DNA of 62,812 nt, filler included, from Vannella sp. (lineage: Eukaryota), in assembly GCA_023345925.1 (NCBI GenBank). It is 7 parts of 7 records of this genome, joined end to end, with 100 filler letters (N's around TTAATTAATTAA, not from the genome) between each part and the next. Parts side by side here need not be neighbours in the genome. Positions count along the whole stretch, not along the records: positions 58,751 to 62,812 come from JAJQQN010000332.1; 6 more parts are not named here. The stretch is one strand, 5' to 3'. The position numbers and the translations under genes were made by a program. The notes beneath the pieces are model-generated. The model was not told the DNA's origin. It saw only the letters and a list, made by a program, of their open reading frames with translations, and did not search any database. Shown here piece after piece: positions 60,034-62,812 of the stretch. Every line of letters starts with the position of its first letter. The stretch's first letter is position 1.

Positions 60034-61434
60034 ATGGAGAAGGCCAAAGCGCCTGTGTCGAGGGACGACCTGTTTCGCCAGCTGAGTGAGGGTTGTTTGT
60101 ACGACGGCACCGTGCGATTGCCATCGTCGATAGACATTCAGAGTGTGATAGCGGATCTGGCAGCTGCGGAGCAGTTGACAGACGCTCCCCCCTCCTTTGT
60201 GGAAGCGGAGAAGTTCATGACTCTGGCGGGCATCAACATGAACGACTTCAACGCGCAGTTTGGGAATTCTCCAAGTCCTGTTCCGTATCCTAAGAAGGAG
60301 GCAAGAGCCAGGAAGACTCGCAGCCGACGTTCTAAGAAAGAGACTGCCAGCGCACCAACAGAAGAGGAAGAAGAGCCGTGCTCTTCGTTACGGCGAATGA
60401 GCCTGCAGGAGAATGATGCTGGGTGTGTTCCACTTCAACCAAGCCGTACGTCTCTTGCAGAGAGTCGGAGAAGCTCCGTTGTTGATGAGGAGGCTCCCAC
60501 CATTCGCCTGCCTCGAGCACGAAGCCGAACAACAGTGGCTGAAGGTTCTTCTGCTCCGCAACCCCCTCCCAAACCTACCAGGCTGCCATCATACGCGTTA
60601 CCGCCCAATCCAACGCCCCAGCACCCCTCTCCTTCCTCTCTTCCTGCCTCTTCAATAACGAACCATTCAACGCACCAGGCTTCCTCTGTACCTTCTCCTT
60701 CTGGTCCGAAATGGGCTCCAAAAACGCCGCAACCACTCCAGACGAGTCATCAGCCCTCCTTTGCTCGTTCTCCTTCTGTTCCCCAATCAGTCCAAATGAT
60801 GTATCACCCGTCCCAACCGATGAGTCACCAGCCGATGCCACAACAGACTTATCAGCCTCCTCAACCCATCCCTCAGCCTCATCCGCGCCCAATCTCTCCA
60901 CAGAACCAGCCAATACCTCAACAGAGCTATCAACCTTCTTATATAGTTTCAGCACCACGCGTGGCATCTGCTGGCCAACTCACTCGAAGTTCCCCCACTC
61001 CCAATGGTCAAACTCATCCTTCCCAAGGCCAGCCCTTCATTAGGCAGCCCTCTTTTCCTCATCAACTCCAAGCTCAACCCCAATCCCAACCAACAAATAG
61101 TGCTGTGGTGAGTCCCACTGCCCTGGGTCCCCTTTCTCCTCGAAATGAATGGGATGTTCCTGTGGATTGGTTCCCAATGCACACTCCCGACGGGCGCCTT
61201 TACTTTATGGACCACTCTGATAGGAAGACGTATTGGGCCCCGCCACCAGGGTTTAGCGCCCGGAAGAACTCTGAAGGAAGGTTATATTATCTTCATCATC
61301 CCACCAGGTCATCGCATTGGAGTTTGCCACCAAAGAACTGGAGCGTTTGCCGCGCGCCAGATGGAAGAATCTATTTTGCGGATAATGTGAATAAGAAGAC
61401 CTCTTGGACCCTTCCCGAACCGGAAGCGCGATAA
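60034..61434 (+). CDS. Pro/Gln-rich protein with three C-terminal WW domains
   Basis: W...TPDGRLYFMDH...TYW.PP, GRLYYLHH...SHW..P, W.....DGRIYF......TSW..P. Confidence 0.88.
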   Translation: MEKAKAPVSRDDLFRQLSEGCLYDGTVRLPSSIDIQSVIADLAAAEQLTDAPPSFVEAEKFMTLAGINMNDFNAQFGNSPSPVPYPKKEARARKTRSRRSKKETASAPTEEEEEPCSSLRRMSLQENDAGCVPLQPSRTSLAESRRSSVVDEEAPTIRLPRARSRTTVAEGSSAPQPPPKPTRLPSYALPPNPTPQHPSPSSLPASSITNHSTHQASSVPSPSGPKWAPKTPQPLQTSHQPSFARSPSVPQSVQMMYHPSQPMSHQPMPQQTYQPPQPIPQPHPRPISPQNQPIPQQSYQPSYIVSAPRVASAGQLTRSSPTPNGQTHPSQGQPFIRQPSFPHQLQAQPQSQPTNSAVVSPTALGPLSPRNEWDVPVDWFPMHTPDGRLYFMDHSDRKTYWAPPPGFSARKNSEGRLYYLHHPTRSSHWSLPPKNWSVCRAPDGRIYFADNVNKKTSWTLPEPEAR

Positions 61435-61453
61435 AACAACTTGTTGAAGTAAG

Positions 61454-62812
61454 CTACATTGAAGAACCCATCAGGTCTGGGGAGTACGTTTCCCAGGGTC
61501 TGGAAGGAGTGGTCGGACTGCTTTGAGCCAGAGAAGGATAAGAAGATGTGATGCGTCGTCGCATGAGCGGGGTCAAGGGTGAAGCTTGGACGGCTTCCCT
61601 CAGGATACTGTCTTCGATGTCAGAGATGTCGTCAGTTAGTTCTCCTGACTTGTTTTCGATGTATTTGGACAGTTTGTAAGCTTGGTCTTCATGGTTGCCA
61701 GAGAATCCAGAGATTTCCAAGAGAGCATCAATGCATTCAGGAATAGCAACGAATCGATACGGATGAACTTGAAGACTAATAATGACTCCAATAATAGTGG
61801 CAAGCTTCTGCCGTTTGTCAAAGTTAATGATTCCGGCAGCTTCATCCAAAAAGTCCATATTTCCATCTTCAATGAAAGTGAGATCTTGGAGATACTTGCC
61901 AAGGAATGGAATCTTTGGTGGTGGTGTGGTATCAAACAACTCTCGATAAGAGATCATATTCTTCTCGACAGAGAGTGCGTTTTGGAGATTCTTCAGCTTC
62001 CTTTTACTCGTATTGCTTATTCCTCCGCACTTAGAGTCCCAGATACTTCTCAGTCTATGGAGTGAGGAGGAGTTGAAGGCAGAAAGAATGCTCATCACAC
62101 AGTTGTAAGAATTCAGGCGGAAGAGCTCGTGTGCGATATCAATGAAACGCTCTGTGATAAAGTTACGCGCGGATTGAGTCTTCCCGGTAAGAATAAGTTT
62201 GACGGCCCATTCACTGACAGAATTGAAGCGGTGAGCCATGTGAAGGACGTTGGGAGCAAGCTCTTCCTTGCGGCTTTTACTCCACGCCTGGCCTATCAAT
62301 TCACCTGCTCGTATCCGTCGAAAGAACAAGAAGTAGTCTATAAGGGTCATCTGTCGGGCCAACTCTTCCGCTGGGTATTTGAAAAGGTCAAAGGCGTCAT
62401 CATGAGAAGCTGCCAAAGGTGGAGGGCATTCAGACGGATCAGCCTCTTCGATCTCAAACTCGGGCTCATTGTTTTTTTCAATGATTTGAATGACTGTACT
62501 AAGAATTGCTTCAAACTCAGGTCGGTAGGATCCTCTCAGCCCAACAGCTGCTTCAGACTCCATAAATGCTTTGATCTTGTACGCAAGCTCTATAGAACGA
62601 GATCCTGCGTAGTGTCGGAAGTGAGAAACCAACCAGTCTTGGAGCAGTTTGAGTGCGCGCTTGCTAATAATGAGTTTCCTTTCCACCACAGGTGTGATGG
62701 CCAGGGAAGGGAGATTCAGGGTTTCAACAGGAAGGAGTGAGACCTCCGGATTGGAGTATCTTTCAATAAACAAGTGGAAGAGAGTCTCTGCCTCCACAAA
62801 GGTTTGATGCAT
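61454..62812 (-). CDS. RasGEF (REM + CDC25 domains), 5'-truncated
   Basis: ELARQMTLID, APNV..RFN..SEW, LNSYN, IPFLGKYLQDLTFIEDGN, INFDKR. Confidence 0.95.
   Translation of the reverse strand: MHQTFVEAETLFHLFIERYSNPEVSLLPVETLNLPSLAITPVVERKLIISKRALKLLQDWLVSHFRHYAGSRSIELAYKIKAFMESEAAVGLRGSYRPEFEAILSTVIQIIEKNNEPEFEIEEADPSECPPPLAASHDDAFDLFKYPAEELARQMTLIDYFLFFRRIRAGELIGQAWSKSRKEELAPNVLHMAHRFNSVSEWAVKLILTGKTQSARNFITERFIDIAHELFRLNSYNCVMSILSAFNSSSLHRLRSIWDSKCGGISNTSKRKLKNLQNALSVEKNMISYRELFDTTPPPKIPFLGKYLQDLTFIEDGNMDFLDEAAGIINFDKRQKLATIIGVIISLQVHPYRFVAIPECIDALLEISGFSGNHEDQAYKLSKYIENKSGELTDDISDIEDSILREAVQASPLTPLMRRRITSSYPSLAQSSPTTPSRPWETYSPDLMGSSM

Overview
The window is seven unrelated contigs joined by artificial 100-nt spacers (44 N + TTAATTAATTAA + 44 N at 7687-7786, 20569-20668, 30248-30347, 42194-42293, 49772-49871, 58651-58750). 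The DNA is from a compact eukaryotic genome with short (~35-80 nt) GT-AG introns and the standard code; gene content suggests an amoeboid or heterotrophic protist (inference only). Most genes are recognisable eukaryotic families: SLC35B transporter, Ulp1 protease, Sel1 repeat, ferric reductase, GRAM, V-ATPase B, ABCA, synapsin-like ATP-grasp, acetyl-CoA synthetase, GT61, MCRS1, DTW, SQOR, ASH2L, Raptor, ankyrin, RCC1, DMXL/Rav1, a USP9/24/34-like enzyme, MFS, WW and RasGEF, plus half a tRNA. The most striking signal is missed by the ORF track: 58751-59893 on the minus strand is an almost continuous chain of ~16 short introns, 11 of whose donors are preceded by an AG exactly 3 nt upstream. This looks like a micro-exon gene built from single-codon-sized exons, with a (TAAACCC)3 tract just upstream. 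Also notable are a three-copy intronless orphan gene family flanking the ABCA gene and two small dispersed repeat families.
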